The notes under the pieces: model-generated
Told to the model about the DNA's origin: nothing
The model's input: only the letters and a program-made list of their open reading frames with translations
Database searches by the model: none
DNA from: Chiloscyllium plagiosum
Lineage: Eukaryota
Assembly: GCF_004010195.1 (NCBI RefSeq)
Contig: NC_057718.1
Span: 58,371,704 to 58,435,703 of the forward strand
Direction: 5' to 3'
Length of the DNA stretch: 64,000 bases
Made by a program: the position numbers and the translations under genes
Shown here: in pieces, positions 23,515 through 36,689 of the stretch
How the letters are laid out: each line of letters starts with the position of its first letter
Position numbering within the stretch: position 1 is the first letter of the stretch

Positions 23515-24346
23515 TACCTCAGAGAACAACTGGATTTTAATTAGATGGGCTAATTGACTGATGAGTGGCAGATGCAACTTAATTTAGATAAATGTGAAGT
23601 GATGAAATTTGGAAAAGAAAATCAGGGCAGGACTTATACACTTCATGATAAGTTCTGGATAGTGTTGCTGAACAAAGAGACAGGTTCATAGTTCATTGAA
23701 AGTGGAGTTGCACGTAGACATGGAAGTGAATAAGACATTTGGCATGCTTGCCTTTATTGGTCAGTGCATTGCATACTGTATAGGAGTTGGGAGATCAGGT
23801 TGCTGCTGGACATGTCATTGGTTAGGCTGAAATACTTCAGTCTGGTCTCCTTAATATCGGAAGGATGTTGTGAAACTTGAAAGGGTTCAGAAAAGATCTG
23901 CAAGGATGTTGCCAAGGTTGGAGAGTTTGAGCTCTGGTAGAGGCTGAATAGGCTGGTGCTATTTTCCCTGGTGCATCTGGGGCTGAGAGGTGATCCTATA
24001 GAGGTTTATAAAATCATGATGGTCACGGATAGGGTAAATAGACAAGGTCTTTTCCCTGAGGTGGGGAGTCCAAAACGAGAGGGCATAGGTTTAAAGTGAG
24101 AGGGGAAAAATTTGAAAGGGATCAAAGTGGCAACTTTTTCACACAGATAGTGGTGAGTGTATGGAATGAGCTACCAGTGGAAGTGGTAGAGGCTGGTCCA
24201 GTTACAACATTTAAAAAGGCATCTGGATGAGTAGGGTTTAGAGGGAGATGAGCCAAATGCTGGCAAATGGAACACGATTTATGAAGGATATCTGGTTGGT
24301 ATGGATGAGTTGGACTGAAGGGTCTCTCTCCGTGTTGTACTCTATA
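23515..24346 (+). mobile_element. HER1/CR1 3' portion
   Basis: Homologous to 1960-2985 (gatgttgtgaaacttgaaagggttcag...ttggactgaagggtct). Confidence 0.9.
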
Positions 24347-25084
24347 ACAGTCACTAAGGAAAAGTTAACTACCTTTCTAATTCATAGGTAAACACTAAAC
24401 TTGCCCCGACAAATCACCACAACTGTCGCCTTTCCCCACCTACAGCTTCTCCAACCCCTGACACCACTTGACCTGATCCCCTTAACCTGCTGGACCTGAT
24501 ACCAGCTACACCTACATCCCTGTAGATCTGACCTGTCCCAATGTTACTACAACCAACACCATTACTCTCCGGGCATGACCTGACCTCAACCCTCTGTAAA
24601 ACAAAACAACCTCTCCTTGACACCTGACCGAACCATGCTGGAAACAACAACCCGTTTCCCCCCCCCATTCACTCCCCAGCCCAATCTCCCATGCCCAAAC
24701 CAAAATCCTTGTTCTATCCTAAGCGCATCCACTTGCCTGGTATCCTAAACCCCGTACGTACCTTACATTTTATACCCCTAACCTACCTGATGCACTCATG
24801 CCTTACTAGCACATTTATTTTTCTTGAGTCACTGTCAATGTTACTTTAGGACCTTTAACTCTTTAGCACCAAAAGTCACAGCAAAAATAAAAAGGGGATC
24901 TGCAATGCTGCCCCTGCCCGACATGAATTTCTTCCCAGTTTCTGTCATTGGATGCATTCAGGACAAAGTTAAGTATAGGTGTGAGATCAATAACCCGACA
25001 ATGTGATTGGTACTCTTGAAGGAAATGATATTTGCACATTTACCTTGCCTGCGCTGAGGAAGGAGAACATTTGCCTTCCACCAG

Positions 25085-25405
25085 TATTCCAAGGTCTCAG
25101 TTAATGTTCTGGAGAAGTGGGTTAGATTCTCACCAGAGCTGATGATGAAATTTGCATTTGATCAAAATCTGGAATTGAAAGCTAGCCAAACGGCGACAAT
25201 GTAACCACAGTCAATTGTTGTAAAAACCCATCCAGTTCACTAATGTCTGCTATGGAAGGAAACCTGCCATCCTGGTCTAGCCTACATGTGACACCAGACC
25301 CACAGCAATGTGGTTGACTGTTAACTCCTCTGTAATGGCTCCAGCAACCCCCAAGGGACAAGTATGGATGAACAATAAATGTTGGCCCAGCCAGGAATGC
25401 TTACT
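25085..25405 (+). mobile_element. Shark SINE with L2-like 3' tail
   Basis: Body ggaaggaaacctgccatcc...cctacatgtgacaccagacccacagcaatgtggttgact; tail aataaatgttggcccagccag resembles the LINE end at 44880-44945. Confidence 0.7.
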
Positions 25406-25433
25406 TGAGTTGAAGTCAAGATATGCTGAGTTA

Positions 25434-25514
25434 TGATTGTAGTGAATGGTGGCGAGGGGGTGATCGTAGTGAATGGTGGAGAGGGGGTGATCGTAGTGAA
25501 TGGTGGAGAGGGGG
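25434..25514 (+). repeat. 3 x 27-bp tandem repeat within a CR1 3' UTR remnant
   Basis: Unit tgatcgtagtgaatggtggagaggggg at 25434, 25461 and 25488. Confidence 0.9.
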
Positions 25515-27269
25515 TGAATTGCTAACTCCTGCTTCTGGTTCTTACATTATAAACGAATAGAAAAAAACTAGAAATAGCATGTCAAGAGCGTGGGTTTTTC
25601 CATCAGTCTTGGGTCACATTGTTATGTGTTCTCCATACTCTTGGCTAGACTCACTGGATAATATTTTTTAGAGAAACAAATATCTGATACACCATGCTGT
25701 ACCTCTTGAATCTTCTTGCTTATTACTTAAATCTAGAGTGTTTTAATGGCCACAAATGGGCAAGCTATCTGCTTCCAGCTGCTTTAGGGAAATAATTACT
25801 ACTATGACATTGATGTCCCAAGCACAGTGAAGACTCAGAGGAACAAAGCATGACTGGCAAATCAAAAGGTATTTCTTTATTTATATGAAAAAGCAGCAAG
25901 TTCTGGATAGTGATTTGGTCAACAAGTAAAATGTGAATTAAAGCTATAGGAAATGAAAGATCAAATCTAAAACATTAAACTATTTTTCTCTTTTAAATAT
26001 TGATTGATCTTAATTTTGCAGATTTTAGTGCTTTTTTCCATACATTGTACTGCAGTTGCTGAAGAAATATGGGAAACCTCCTATTTTCCTCACACTTGAC
26101 TCTTGATGTTTTCTGCGTCTTTTGCCAAACCTTGTACCCACTGACATATATGATTCCCATGTTGACAGCATGCCTTGCTTTTAACTAAACAATGTAGTAA
26201 AGAAAAAGATTGATCAGAAATATTAAGTAAAGAAAATACGTGGGAGCCTGTCTGAAGCATCAGCAATAGCTGGAAAAGTCTGTTGTTTTAGCGTACTAGT
26301 TGAAAAGTGTTCATTTGACTTGAAAGTATTTAGAAATTATATTAAATATACAGTTGCAATCTGTGCATTGGTTCATGTCGCATCAAGTGTCAGTAAATTG
26401 AAGCACTTGGCAAATGTTCAGCTCGTAGCTTCTTCACTGTTCTTGAATTATTTCTCTAACAGATTTGCATCTGGCATCTTTGTTGCTCTTGATTTATTGA
26501 TGATGAAACTAGCAGTCACAGATTTTACTTCTTATGGGCAGTGCAAATGTAATGACTGAAAACAGTGTTTATGCTAGTAACAAAGACTACATCAATTATA
26601 GAGAATTCTGAAAATCAGTTGGTGTGTGTGTGAAAGGGTGATGGTTTGATATTAAAGCACTTAAGCTGCAGCTTGATTTGGAGCACGCTTAGGCTTTGCA
26701 CAGTTGGAACAGTGGATTAGAAGGGAAAGGAGGTCAAAGTGCGATATAGAATGGCTCGACAAAAAAACTCAACAATTACCATTGAATAATGTCATTAAAC
26801 AGCTTATTTTTATTTGATGTAATGAAAGGTAACAGCTTCTTAATTTTAAATACTGTTTAAATTTTTATGAGACTGGGTTGCTGATACCTGATTCAAAAAC
26901 CACTGCAAAGAGTGAAAATGTTATATCGGCGAGAAATTGAAAACAGGTTGTGAATGAGTGCAAAAAAGACATATTTGTTTGTAAATCTGGTTTAAGCACT
27001 CAAGTTTGGTCCTAACTAAAGATTAGCAGAATTTAAACTTGCTTGGCAAGTTAAAATAGGGACATCTGTAGGTTTAGCACTTAACCGCTGTGTAGGTGCA
27101 ATTTTCTTGGAGCATTAAATGTGGGTTCCATTCACCCACTTCCAGTGGACGTTCAAAGTGGATTGGCAGACAAACAGTGGCAAGTTTCCATGTGACTTGG
27201 GGATTGAGGTAATCCACACATTTTCAGACACAACGCAAATCTTCATCCCAGTCTTAACTAGTGTCTACA

Positions 27270-28330
27270 TACATAAAAAAAAAGTCCTCATGTCACCTTG
27301 GTTGTTTTGGTAATCATCTTAAATCTGTCTTCTCTGGTTCTTGACCTTTTTGACAATGGGAGCAATTTTTCTCCATTTCTTATGTCTAGATTTCTTTGAA
27401 CTTTGAATACCTCTGTCAAGTGTCTTTCCCCTTTCTATTCTTTAAGGTGAACATCCCCAGCTTTGCCAACCTATCTGTGCAACTGAAATCCCTCATCTCT
27501 GGGACCATTCTTGCAAATTGTGTTTGTATTCTGTCTAAAGCCTTCAGAGCCTTTCCATTGTGTGGTGCCTAGAATTGAATACAAGATCCCAGTTGAGCCT
27601 GAACCACTGTTTTATAAAGCTTCATCATAACATTATTGTTTACATACTTCATACATCTATTTATAAAGCTAAGGAGTCTGTATGACTTTGTAACAACTTT
27701 TTCAACCTGCCCTATAATTTTCAGCAATTTGTGCACATACAACTGCAGACCTCTCTGTTCCTCTGCCTGCTTTCGAATTATACTCTTTAATTCTTTCTCC
27801 TAATTTTTCCTGCCAAAATATATCACTTCATGGTTCCCTATATTAAACTCCATCTACAGTATGTCTGCTCATTCAGTCTGGAAGTCACATTTTTCTGAAA
27901 TCTGTTGCTATCCACTGCACAATTCACAGTACTTCCACATGTTGAGTCAACAGTTCTACTGCTGACTTCTGGCAAACTAGATCTAATAACTGCCTCCAGT
28001 CTGAAAACAAAATTGATTCACGGCAACAAACCATTTCTTGTCATTCAACCAATTTGGTATCTATGCTGCTACTGACTCTTTTGTTCCATGGCTTCCTACA
28101 TTACTAGCAAGCAATATATCATGTGACACTTTTTCAGATTCTTTAGGAAGCCCATATACACCGTAACATTGCCCTCAATGTTCCTCTCTGTTACCTCGTT
28201 AAAAGCTGATCCAAGTTAGTCAAACACTTAAAAAATCTGTGGGTGCTTTACTGAATTAATCCAAACTTGAATAAGTAACCATCAGTTTTGATCCAGATTA
28301 TTGTTTCTCAAAACTTTTGAACCTTCGAGT
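27270..28330 (-). mobile_element. Old CR1 ORF2 fragment
   Basis: Decayed LYKTVVQAQL...QF.APH, EVIYFGR and RT segments on minus strand. Confidence 0.7.
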
Positions 28331-28375
28331 TTAAGTGGTAGTTGCTGGGTTTATTCTTATACTCTTTGTTTGAAT

Positions 28376-29000
28376 TGCTACAGCACAGGATAAATTTTCC
28401 TGCTTAATTTAAACCAGCAATACAGAAAAGATTTATCCCATGCAGTAATCTGTGGAAATTTGAGAGGCCAAGGACTATTTAAAGTAAAAATTAATAACTT
28501 TATTTCTTAAAATATAACAGAGAATAATTAACTAATGATTATTTACAACTCCTTCCTCTAACCTATCTTTTACTTTCTCTTCTAAATTCTGGTTTGATAA
28601 AAATCCCATTTAAGATTTACAAAACAAAACTTCTTATCTCAAACCAGGCAATTTTCGGTTCTTCTCTGCATTCTTTTCTTCTTCTTGGGGATTCTGCTTC
28701 ACAGGTTACTGATCGATAAAGGTACCTTTAAGAGAGCTATTTTTCAGGCAGTCTTTACATGCTGGTGAATTGGCAGTTCTCCTCCCAACTGTTCAATTTT
28801 ACCCAGTCTTCTACTCCCAAAACATTGGATTGTGTCATTGGCTTTTAAGATTGTCAGTATTCTAAAATCAAACTGGATTGGAGTTTGGTGTTTTTTTGGG
28901 TATAATTTAAATTGTTTGGCCTAATTCAAATCTGTTTTTGGCTCCAGGCAACCAGCTACCCTAGCTACCCCAGTAGCTGAACTTTCTTTACCTCAAACAT
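28376..29000 (-). mobile_element. Partial solo LTR related to the 43702 and 61788 family
   Basis: Similar terminus (tgctacagcacagg...gtaatctgt) and internal ggtacctttaagagag and cattggattgtgtcattggc blocks. Confidence 0.6.
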
Positions 29001-29404
29001 GCCTTTGGCTCTTTATCCTAAATTTCTCTTTGCTGTTTTCTCTTATGCTCAATATGCTGCATCTTATCCTTGTAATGTTGAAGATTCTGTGTGTGAAGAT
29101 TACAATTGATGTGCAAGTTAAATTTTAAGTAAACATTATCAGATCGAGTACGTCATCTATAGGTTTGGGTAACATTGTACTTTCATGCCACAGTCAAATA
29201 GTTAAATGCTGAACATATTAAATATTTGAACTTTCTAACAAAATTTTAGTAGGAGTTCATATTTTTATTGCAAACATGAAATGTTGCATGTCTGCAGAAT
29301 AATTTTAGCTGAGATTTTACACTTTGCATAAGAAAGCTATGGATTTTGTTAGCAATTACCAAGTGTGTTAAATGGTTATGAGTGTGAAATAAAGTAAGGT
29401 TACA

Positions 29405-29515
29405 GGAGCTCTTGTGGTGCAATTATTAATGTCCCTACCTCTGAGCCTATAGGCCCGGGTCAAGAGCTTCAGAGCTGTGCCTTTGCATATCTGTGCCGGG
29501 TTGATTTAAAAATAT
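29405..29515 (+). mobile_element. Short tRNA-derived SINE
   Basis: ggagctcttgtggtgca...gtccctacctctgag...ggttgatt; paralog of 9931-10040. Confidence 0.6.
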
Positions 29516-30161
29516 TTATAGAATAATGTTCTATCCCTGGTGTTTTAGACTTGTGTGGTGTATTGCTACAAATAGTAATGTTATGAAAGTCAACTTTAGG
29601 TTTCTGTCTGAATGGTGCATTGCTGACTGTTACCTATGCAACTCTCATGGCATTGCTACCTTAGGTTGACACATATAGATGGATTTCATGTGGGTACCCC
29701 AAGACCACATCATGTCGCCACTCAGCCAGGATACTAAATATGGTCAATGTATGAAATAGAATCAAAAAGCTAAAGACACTCAACAGGCAATGCATGTCCA
29801 GGCAGCATTTTTGTTCTTCAGACCCCTCAATCAAGAAGCCTTATAAAACAAGGTCAGACCTGTTATGCGGCTATTTGAAGAGTCACTCAACAAGTTGATT
29901 TATTTTTGCTGAAGCCACATTTGTGGCAGCGAAGTGGTGAGCTATTGGAGCTATTTGAAGGCCATTGCTGTATACTGGAAGGGAACATAGAGCAGTACCT
30001 TACACAGCTATGGAACCGCAGTTGTGCTAGCACTTGGTCTACACCATGGCTGTGACATAGAGAGGAGGAGGCACCATCCCATCTCCAAGCCTAGGAGGAT
30101 AATGGGAATTTGTCTGCATTGTGAAACTTCTATGCATGGACAGAGTAAACATTGAGGAGTA

Positions 30162-30682
30162 CAGAGGAACCTCGATTATCTGAATGAGATGGACGAGTCG
30201 TAATCCATTCGGATAATTGATTATTCGGTTAATTGATTCAATGCCTCTCCTCTGGGGCTCGGAATTTTCTGAAGTTTCCTTTTCCCTCATTCTGCCTGCC
30301 TTGTTCTGCCAACACTGCCCCCATCCGACCTCACCCCCTGCCCCTGTCAGCCCCCCAATGTTGGACAGTACAGGACAATGTTGGAGAGATTATCTTGGGG
30401 AAGGGGGGGTTTCGGGTACACCCTTGTGTAGAACTCGAAGGAAAGTGTGTGGAGAGATAGAGAGGGCGGCGGTCAGTCATTTGGAGACAGTGGGCTCTCA
30501 TCGATGTTCAGGACTGTTTTGGCCACAGTTCAGAAAGCCCAGTTCATTTTTAATCATTGTAAACAAAAGACGCGATCAGTGTTGGAAACACCTGTTTGAT
30601 ATAATGTTTCTATTGGGACCTTGAGATCTTCAGATAATTCGAAATTCAGATAATTAATATTCGGATAATTGAGGTTCCTCTG
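30162..30682. mobile_element. MITE, Tc1/mariner (pogo/Tigger-like)
   Basis: TIRs cagaggaacctcgattatctgaat / attcggataattgaggttcctctg; TA on both sides; no transposase ORF. Confidence 0.9.
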
Positions 30683-30809
30683 TATTCTCTTTCTTTCAGT
30701 TTAGCAGGATTAGTGAACGTGTGTTTTTTTTGCTGGGAAAGCTTTTGTTTTCTGTTCACAGAGGTCCTGGTGGAAGTTAGATGTATGAAACAATTACTTC
30801 TTAGAAAGC

Positions 30810-31150
30810 ACATCAGTCAGAACTAGAGTCAGAAACAGATCCTTCACTCCAACTAATCCATACTGAACATAAACCCAAACTAAACTAGTCCCACTCACTG
30901 CTCCTGGCCCATATCCCTTCAAACCTTTCCTATTCAAGTACCCATCTAAGTGTCATTTAAACCACCATTTCCTCCAAAAGACCATTCCTCACACAAACCA
31001 CCCTCTATGTAAAATAGTTGCCTTTCATGTCTTTTTCAAATCTCTCTCTTCTCACCTTAAAACTGTGCTCTGATTTTGAAATCCCCCATTCTAGGAAAAA
31101 GACAACTACTATTAATTCTCTCTATACCCCATTGATTTTATAAATCTAAA
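30810..31150 (-). mobile_element. CR1 3' fragment
   Basis: agaaacagatccttc...tagtcccac...; paralog of 58345-58790. Confidence 0.8.
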
Positions 31151-31600
31151 GGTTTTAGTATGAAAATTCCAGACAGTAAATGTTTGGCTAGAATTCAGAA
31201 GAGGTCACTCTAAACTGAGAAAGCTTAAACTCAACCAAGGAAAAAGCTACCAAACTCTCAGGACCTGAAATTGAAAGGAACAGTTAAGTCAAACCTATGT
31301 GATGGAGAGAATTTGCTTCTCCAATGTTGGATAGGGTTGGGATAGTTGGTATTTTTACTGTATGTTTCAAAAGTCTTTCGAATTGTGTTTTAGGTAAATA
31401 GCTTGGTGTGTTCTAACTTATCTGTGATTTGCATAATAACTTCTGATTAATCACTTAAGACAAATCTGCAGCACTCGTGCTTGTGTTTCAGAGAAAGAAA
31501 ACCTCTTTAAGTTAAGAAAAAGATTAAATCTGATTTATCAAGCCAGACTTTAGTCTGGAATTTGACTTGTTGAGTAAAAACATCAGCTTGGATCACAACA
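31150..31600 (+). mobile_element. LTR 3' part
   Basis: Ends ...catcagcttggatcacaaca (CA terminus); homologous to 3984-4160. Confidence 0.55.
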
Positions 31601-32246
31601 CATTTTCATATGTTTTAGATGATCTTCTCTTGTCTGACCAAGAGAAAAACCGTGATCCAATGATTTAAACTTTATTGCATGTAGCAATCAAAGAAAGGCT
31701 CCTCGAAACTCAACTTAGCTATTAACCAATTAATGGTGGAATTTAGCTATGATACCAACCAATAGCTTCAATCTCTGGAAATGTCCAGGATTCAGTCCTT
31801 ATGCGGTGTTGTTCTTTGAAGTTCCAGAGAGTTCTAGAGTTGCTTTGTTGTACAGTTTTTTTTATCCTTCAGGCATTGATGTGATATTATTGTTGAGTTT
31901 TTTTAGATTCCTTTCATCCAAAACACTGATTACTGTTTTGAATTCCTTCTGTCTGCATCTTGCTTCCTTATCAGAAGCAACTCCTCTGTTCCTTGTTATA
32001 TTTGGTGTTAGCTGTCTGTTTGAAGACACAGTTTTCCTACAGTTAACTCCTTGAATTCTTCAGCAGGGCAGTCATATATTCTTGTAGCATGAGGCATCCA
32101 GTTATCAAACAGGTGCTGAAAAAGTTTTGTTCATGCGGCTTCGACTCCTTCCTCTCCCAGACATAGCCAATTGCCTTCAATTTCTGTATAAGTTTGTCTG
32201 TGTCTTATAATAGTGTATTCCAGGTAGAGTTATTGCTGATTGCTTT

Positions 32247-33118
32247 GTCATAGAGTCATGGGGATGTACAGCACAGAAACAGATTCTTTGGTCCAACTCA
32301 TCCACACTGACCAGATACCCCAACCCAATCTAGTCCCACTTGTCAGCACCTAACCCATGACCCTCTAAACCCCTCCTATTCATATACCCATCTTGGTGCC
32401 TTTTTAAGGTTGCAATTGTACCAGCCTCCACCACTTCCTCTGGCAACTCATTCCATACACGCACCACCCTCTATGTGAAAAGGTTGCCCTTTAAGTCTAT
32501 TTTAAATCTTCACCCTCTCACCCTAAACCTATGCCCTCTAGATCTAGACTCCCCCACCCTAGGGAAAAAGACTTTGTCTGTTGATCCTATCCATGCCCTT
32601 CATGATTTTATGAACCACTATAAGGTCACCTCTCAGCCTCCGACGCTCCAGGGAAAACAGCTCCAGCCTATTCAGCCTCTCCCTATAATTCAAATCCTCC
32701 AACCATGGTAAATCTTTGCAGATCCTCTCTGAACCCTTTCAAGTTTCACAACATCCTTCCAATAGGAATGAGACCAGAATTGCATGCAATATTCCAAAAG
32801 TGGCCTAACTAATGTCTTGTACAGCCACAACATGACCTCCCAACTCCTATACTCAATACTCTGACCAATAAAGGAAAGCATGCCAAACGCCTTCTTCACT
32901 ATCCTATCTACCTGCGACTACACTTTCAAGGAGCTATGAACCTACACTCCAAGGTCTCTTTGTTCAGCAACACTCCCTCGGACTTTACCATTAAGTGTAT
33001 AAGTCCTGCTAAGATTTGCTTTCCCAAAATGCAGCACCTCGCATTTATCTAAATTAAACTTCATCTGCCATTCCTCAGCCAATTGGCCCACCTGATCAAG
33101 ATCCTGTTGAACTCTGAG
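32247..33118 (-). mobile_element. HER1/CR1 3' portion
   Basis: ORF 32690-32899 LYKTLVRPLLEYCMQFWS; tail at 32247. Confidence 0.93.
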
Positions 33119-33546
33119 TATTGGAGTTATTAATATATTGCCTGTGACAAGTTGTGTCCCAGGTCAGGCTGACCGTTAAACTAGGTTGTTGGCCAAGGAG
33201 GCTTTGTGAACAGAAATCTAAAATAGAGGTACAGTCGAGTCCACAATGGTGTGTGAAAGTCCCTTTTCAGACCATCTTATTGTGTCCCGTTGCAACTGGT
33301 GAATGTGGCCTCCTTCAAATCTTCCTGCTCCCTCACAAACCTTACCACTTCCTTCCAAGGTGACCTGCAGATTCCAGGAAATAGAGGAATACATACCACA
33401 CCACCAGAAACATGGACACCATCTTGGTGTGGGCTGTAAGGAATCACAGAGACAAAGCAAAACTATTGTCTGGGATCTGATTTAATACACTTCAGACTTA
33501 AATAACTTTTCATAGATTGAAAGAATCAACAAAGATAAACATTAAA

Positions 33547-33941
33547 CATGGCTTTGTGCACAGGAAACCATGTCTCATGAACTTGATTGAGTTTTTTGAA
33601 GAAGTTGCAAAGAGGATTGATGAGGGCAGAATGGTGGATGTGATCTATATGGACTTCAGTAAGGCGTTCGACAAGATTCCCCAAGGGAGACTAGTAGGCA
33701 AGGTTATATCTCATGGAATACAGAGAGAACTAGCCATTTGGATACAGAACTGACTGAAAGGTAGAAGACAGAAGGCGGTGGTGGAGGGTAGCTTTTCAGA
33801 TTGGACGCCTGTGACCAGTGGTGTGCCGCAAGGGTCGGTGCTGGGTTCACTACTTTTCATCATCTGAAAAAATGATTTGGATGTGAACAAAGGATGTGTA
33901 GTTAATAAGTTTCCAGATGACACCAAAATTGGAGGTGCAGT
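33547..33941 (+). mobile_element. CR1 RT fragment
   Basis: [32 protein letters not shown]. Confidence 0.92.
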
Positions 33942-34287
33942 ATTGTAGAAATATCCACAATACTGTTAGTGAGGGAACTCTCAGATTTGTGCTCAGTGAC
34001 AGTAAAGGAATGGTGAGATATTTCTAAGTCAATATCATGAGTAGCTTGTAGGGGAATTTGAGGTGATTTGATTCAATTCTGGTTGGGAATGCCATCTGTC
34101 ACCTTTCCCACCACTGGCAAGATGACATGGCAGCACACAAGTTGATGGGCATGCCAATTTTCACTCCTGCCTTCCCTTGTCATTTTACAGGTCCTGCCAT
34201 CTTCAGTTCTGTCCCTGTAGGGTTAATAAAATCCAGTGAATTATGTATCTACTGATCTCCAATTGTCTGGCCATTGCCTCTTGGCAG

Positions 34288-34460
34288 ATTTCCTTCCACA
34301 GTCCAAAGATGTGCAGGTTGGGTGAATTGGCCATGCTAAATTGCCCATAGTGTTATGTGCATTAGTCAGAGGGAACTGGTTCTGGGTGGGTTACTCTTCA
34401 GAGGGTCCATGTGGACTTGTTGGGCCCAAGGCCCTGTTTCCACACTAGGGGGAATCTACT
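34288..34460 (+). mobile_element. HE1 SINE 3' part
   Basis: cacagtccaaagatgtgcagg...gaattggccatgctaaattgccc...cctgtttccacact. Confidence 0.85.
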
Positions 34461-34585
34461 CAATCTACTCATATCAATGAAGAGGGGAGCTCCTTCCCTG
34501 GCAGATCTGATATCTCTCTTGACCCTGAGTGATCTTTTAATCCAATAGTGCAACCTCCCTTTTATAGGCACAGCAGTGACAGTGG

Positions 34586-34587
<2 letters not shown>

Positions 34588-34620
<33 letters not shown>
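34588..34620. repeat. (TG)n(AG)n microsatellite
   Basis: Direct reading. Confidence 0.95.
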
Positions 34621-34621
<1 letters not shown>

Positions 34622-36689
34622 ATACCAGGAATATATAATCCTTTATACAGCAATGGGTTCCTGAACCACAATTTTTTTTTATGTCTTGCAGCTGGTAAGC
34701 TATATACCTTTTAAGAGATATACTGATGATGTCACTACTCTATCATGGCATGTGACCTGATTTTGTAAATGTCTCAGTCTCCATCTTACTGGGGAGACTT
34801 GTAACATGACACTGAGCAAAGCATGCTATAGTTTGCAACCAAACTGCTCAGTATTAGCCAGTTAAGCAATGTCAATGATTGCAACATATATGTAAATACC
34901 AGGAACTGTATCAATGTCTATTGGAGCTAAAGAAAGTCTCACCTCATCAGAAACGAATACCTTACTGATGATAAAGAGCCCATCGCTGCACCTGTGGCAG
35001 AATAGATCTGGGTTAATTGCTGTGTCCATTTCTAAACAAACAACCTCATCATACTATATCATATGAAACAGGGTTAAACCCTTGCAGAGCACAGAAACCA
35101 TTTGTTGTGCTACAGGAAACATTATAATGTGGGATCAGCTCAGAGCCACAAACATTCCAGACACTGAGGTGGGCAAACAAATTTTAGATGCTACATATCT
35201 CATTCAGACACAGAGCAGCAGCAAGTTGTGAATCATGTCAGGAATTCCCAAAAAATTGGGCATTCCAATTTCCAGCACCTTAAGCTTTCCAGGTCATTTC
35301 TAATTTATTCTCTAGCCTACTTTTCAGTGTGCAAAAGACATATTTTGAAGACCTGAATCGGTCTAATGCTAGAGAAACATGTGTGCCATTGCATGCTACT
35401 TTTATACATCTTGAATAATCATGTCAACTCCTGCTGTACTTTGTACTTTCTGTAACATTGCCAGGGGGAATGAAAGCCCTTGCAATGATGCTGGCACCTT
35501 GGTTTCAAGTGACTTTTATGTTGGGTCTCAGCAGCACCAAGATACGAAAGTCACAAATGTAACTGAAAGCTGGAGATTAGCGAAGTGAACATCAACTGTC
35601 ATGTAACTCATATTGAAATTAAATATGATCCACACTATATATGGAAAACTAAGGGCATATATTTACTCCGGGCTGATTAAAACATGTTCCACGTCATTTC
35701 AAAATATTTGCAACTCCCTTCCAGAATTATTTTAATATGTAATTGAAGTCATTTCTTGTATGTCTTTTGTTCTGTACACTTTCTTTAACCAGCGGACTAG
35801 ATCAGTTCAATTCAATCATTTGATATGTCAGGGTCAGTACACGTTTTCCAGCATTTAAGATATGAATTTCAGCTCAAAAGGCACTGATGTGAGCTGATGT
35901 ATGAAATTGTACATCATTAAATCACCATCTTATAGTCCATAAAAGAAGAAAATATAAATACATTGATGCTTTAGGTTATAGATGACAAAAAAATTGTTTC
36001 AAGCAGAAGTTGTAATGATTTACATCCCCTGAATCTGATTATTCTGAAATAGTAGAGGTCTTTTAAATTAAAGTTTAATACAATGTCTCATGAATAAATT
36101 CAAGCAAGACTTGAGAGAAGCATTTCAATTTTTACGGTATTTTCTGCTTTTACTCGTATGTTCTTGCACATATGAAAGGAAATTGCACATTTATACTGAT
36201 TTTAATGCATTTTGAACAGGATTAAAGTTTAGCATGGTTTAAAAGTGATAGGAAATGGAATGCTCCTAGTTTAGTAAAAGCGCATACCACTGCACAATTG
36301 CACTCAGATGAAAGGTTCATCTGGTTTTTTTTACCTCTTCTTCCACTGAAGGAAATGTTATTGCTGAGGTTGTTGTTCTGTGGCTTTCAGGGGACTTTTG
36401 TGTCTTGTCTAAGTGAACATTTGTGAGGCCAGACATAAAGGCTTAGGTTTTTCTGCTTTGTCTCACCCATTTTTTTATTTCAGAATGTAATATGTCATCC
36501 CTGCCAACTAAAAGTTATTTCTGTGAGAATTTCTTCCAGAAATGGATGGTTTGATATAAAATTACTGCCCAGAGCCAGACAAATGAAGATTAAGAATTCC
36601 AAGGAGTGAACATTTCCAGAAATCAGTAAGTGTTTTTGTTGCATTTCCGGGAGGGTTTCTCTCAGGGTAGCCCAGTAAGGGGGTCTCAA

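Noticed and set aside
25434..25514. CRISPR-like array
   Set aside because: Head-to-tail repeats with no spacers, in eukaryotic DNA.
26499..26560. TGATGA...CTGA C/D snoRNA-like pair
   Set aside because: No terminal stem and no recognisable rRNA antisense element.
36484..36626. Plus-strand exon-like segment (tttcag...gtaagt)
   Set aside because: Stops in all frames and no linked exons or other support.
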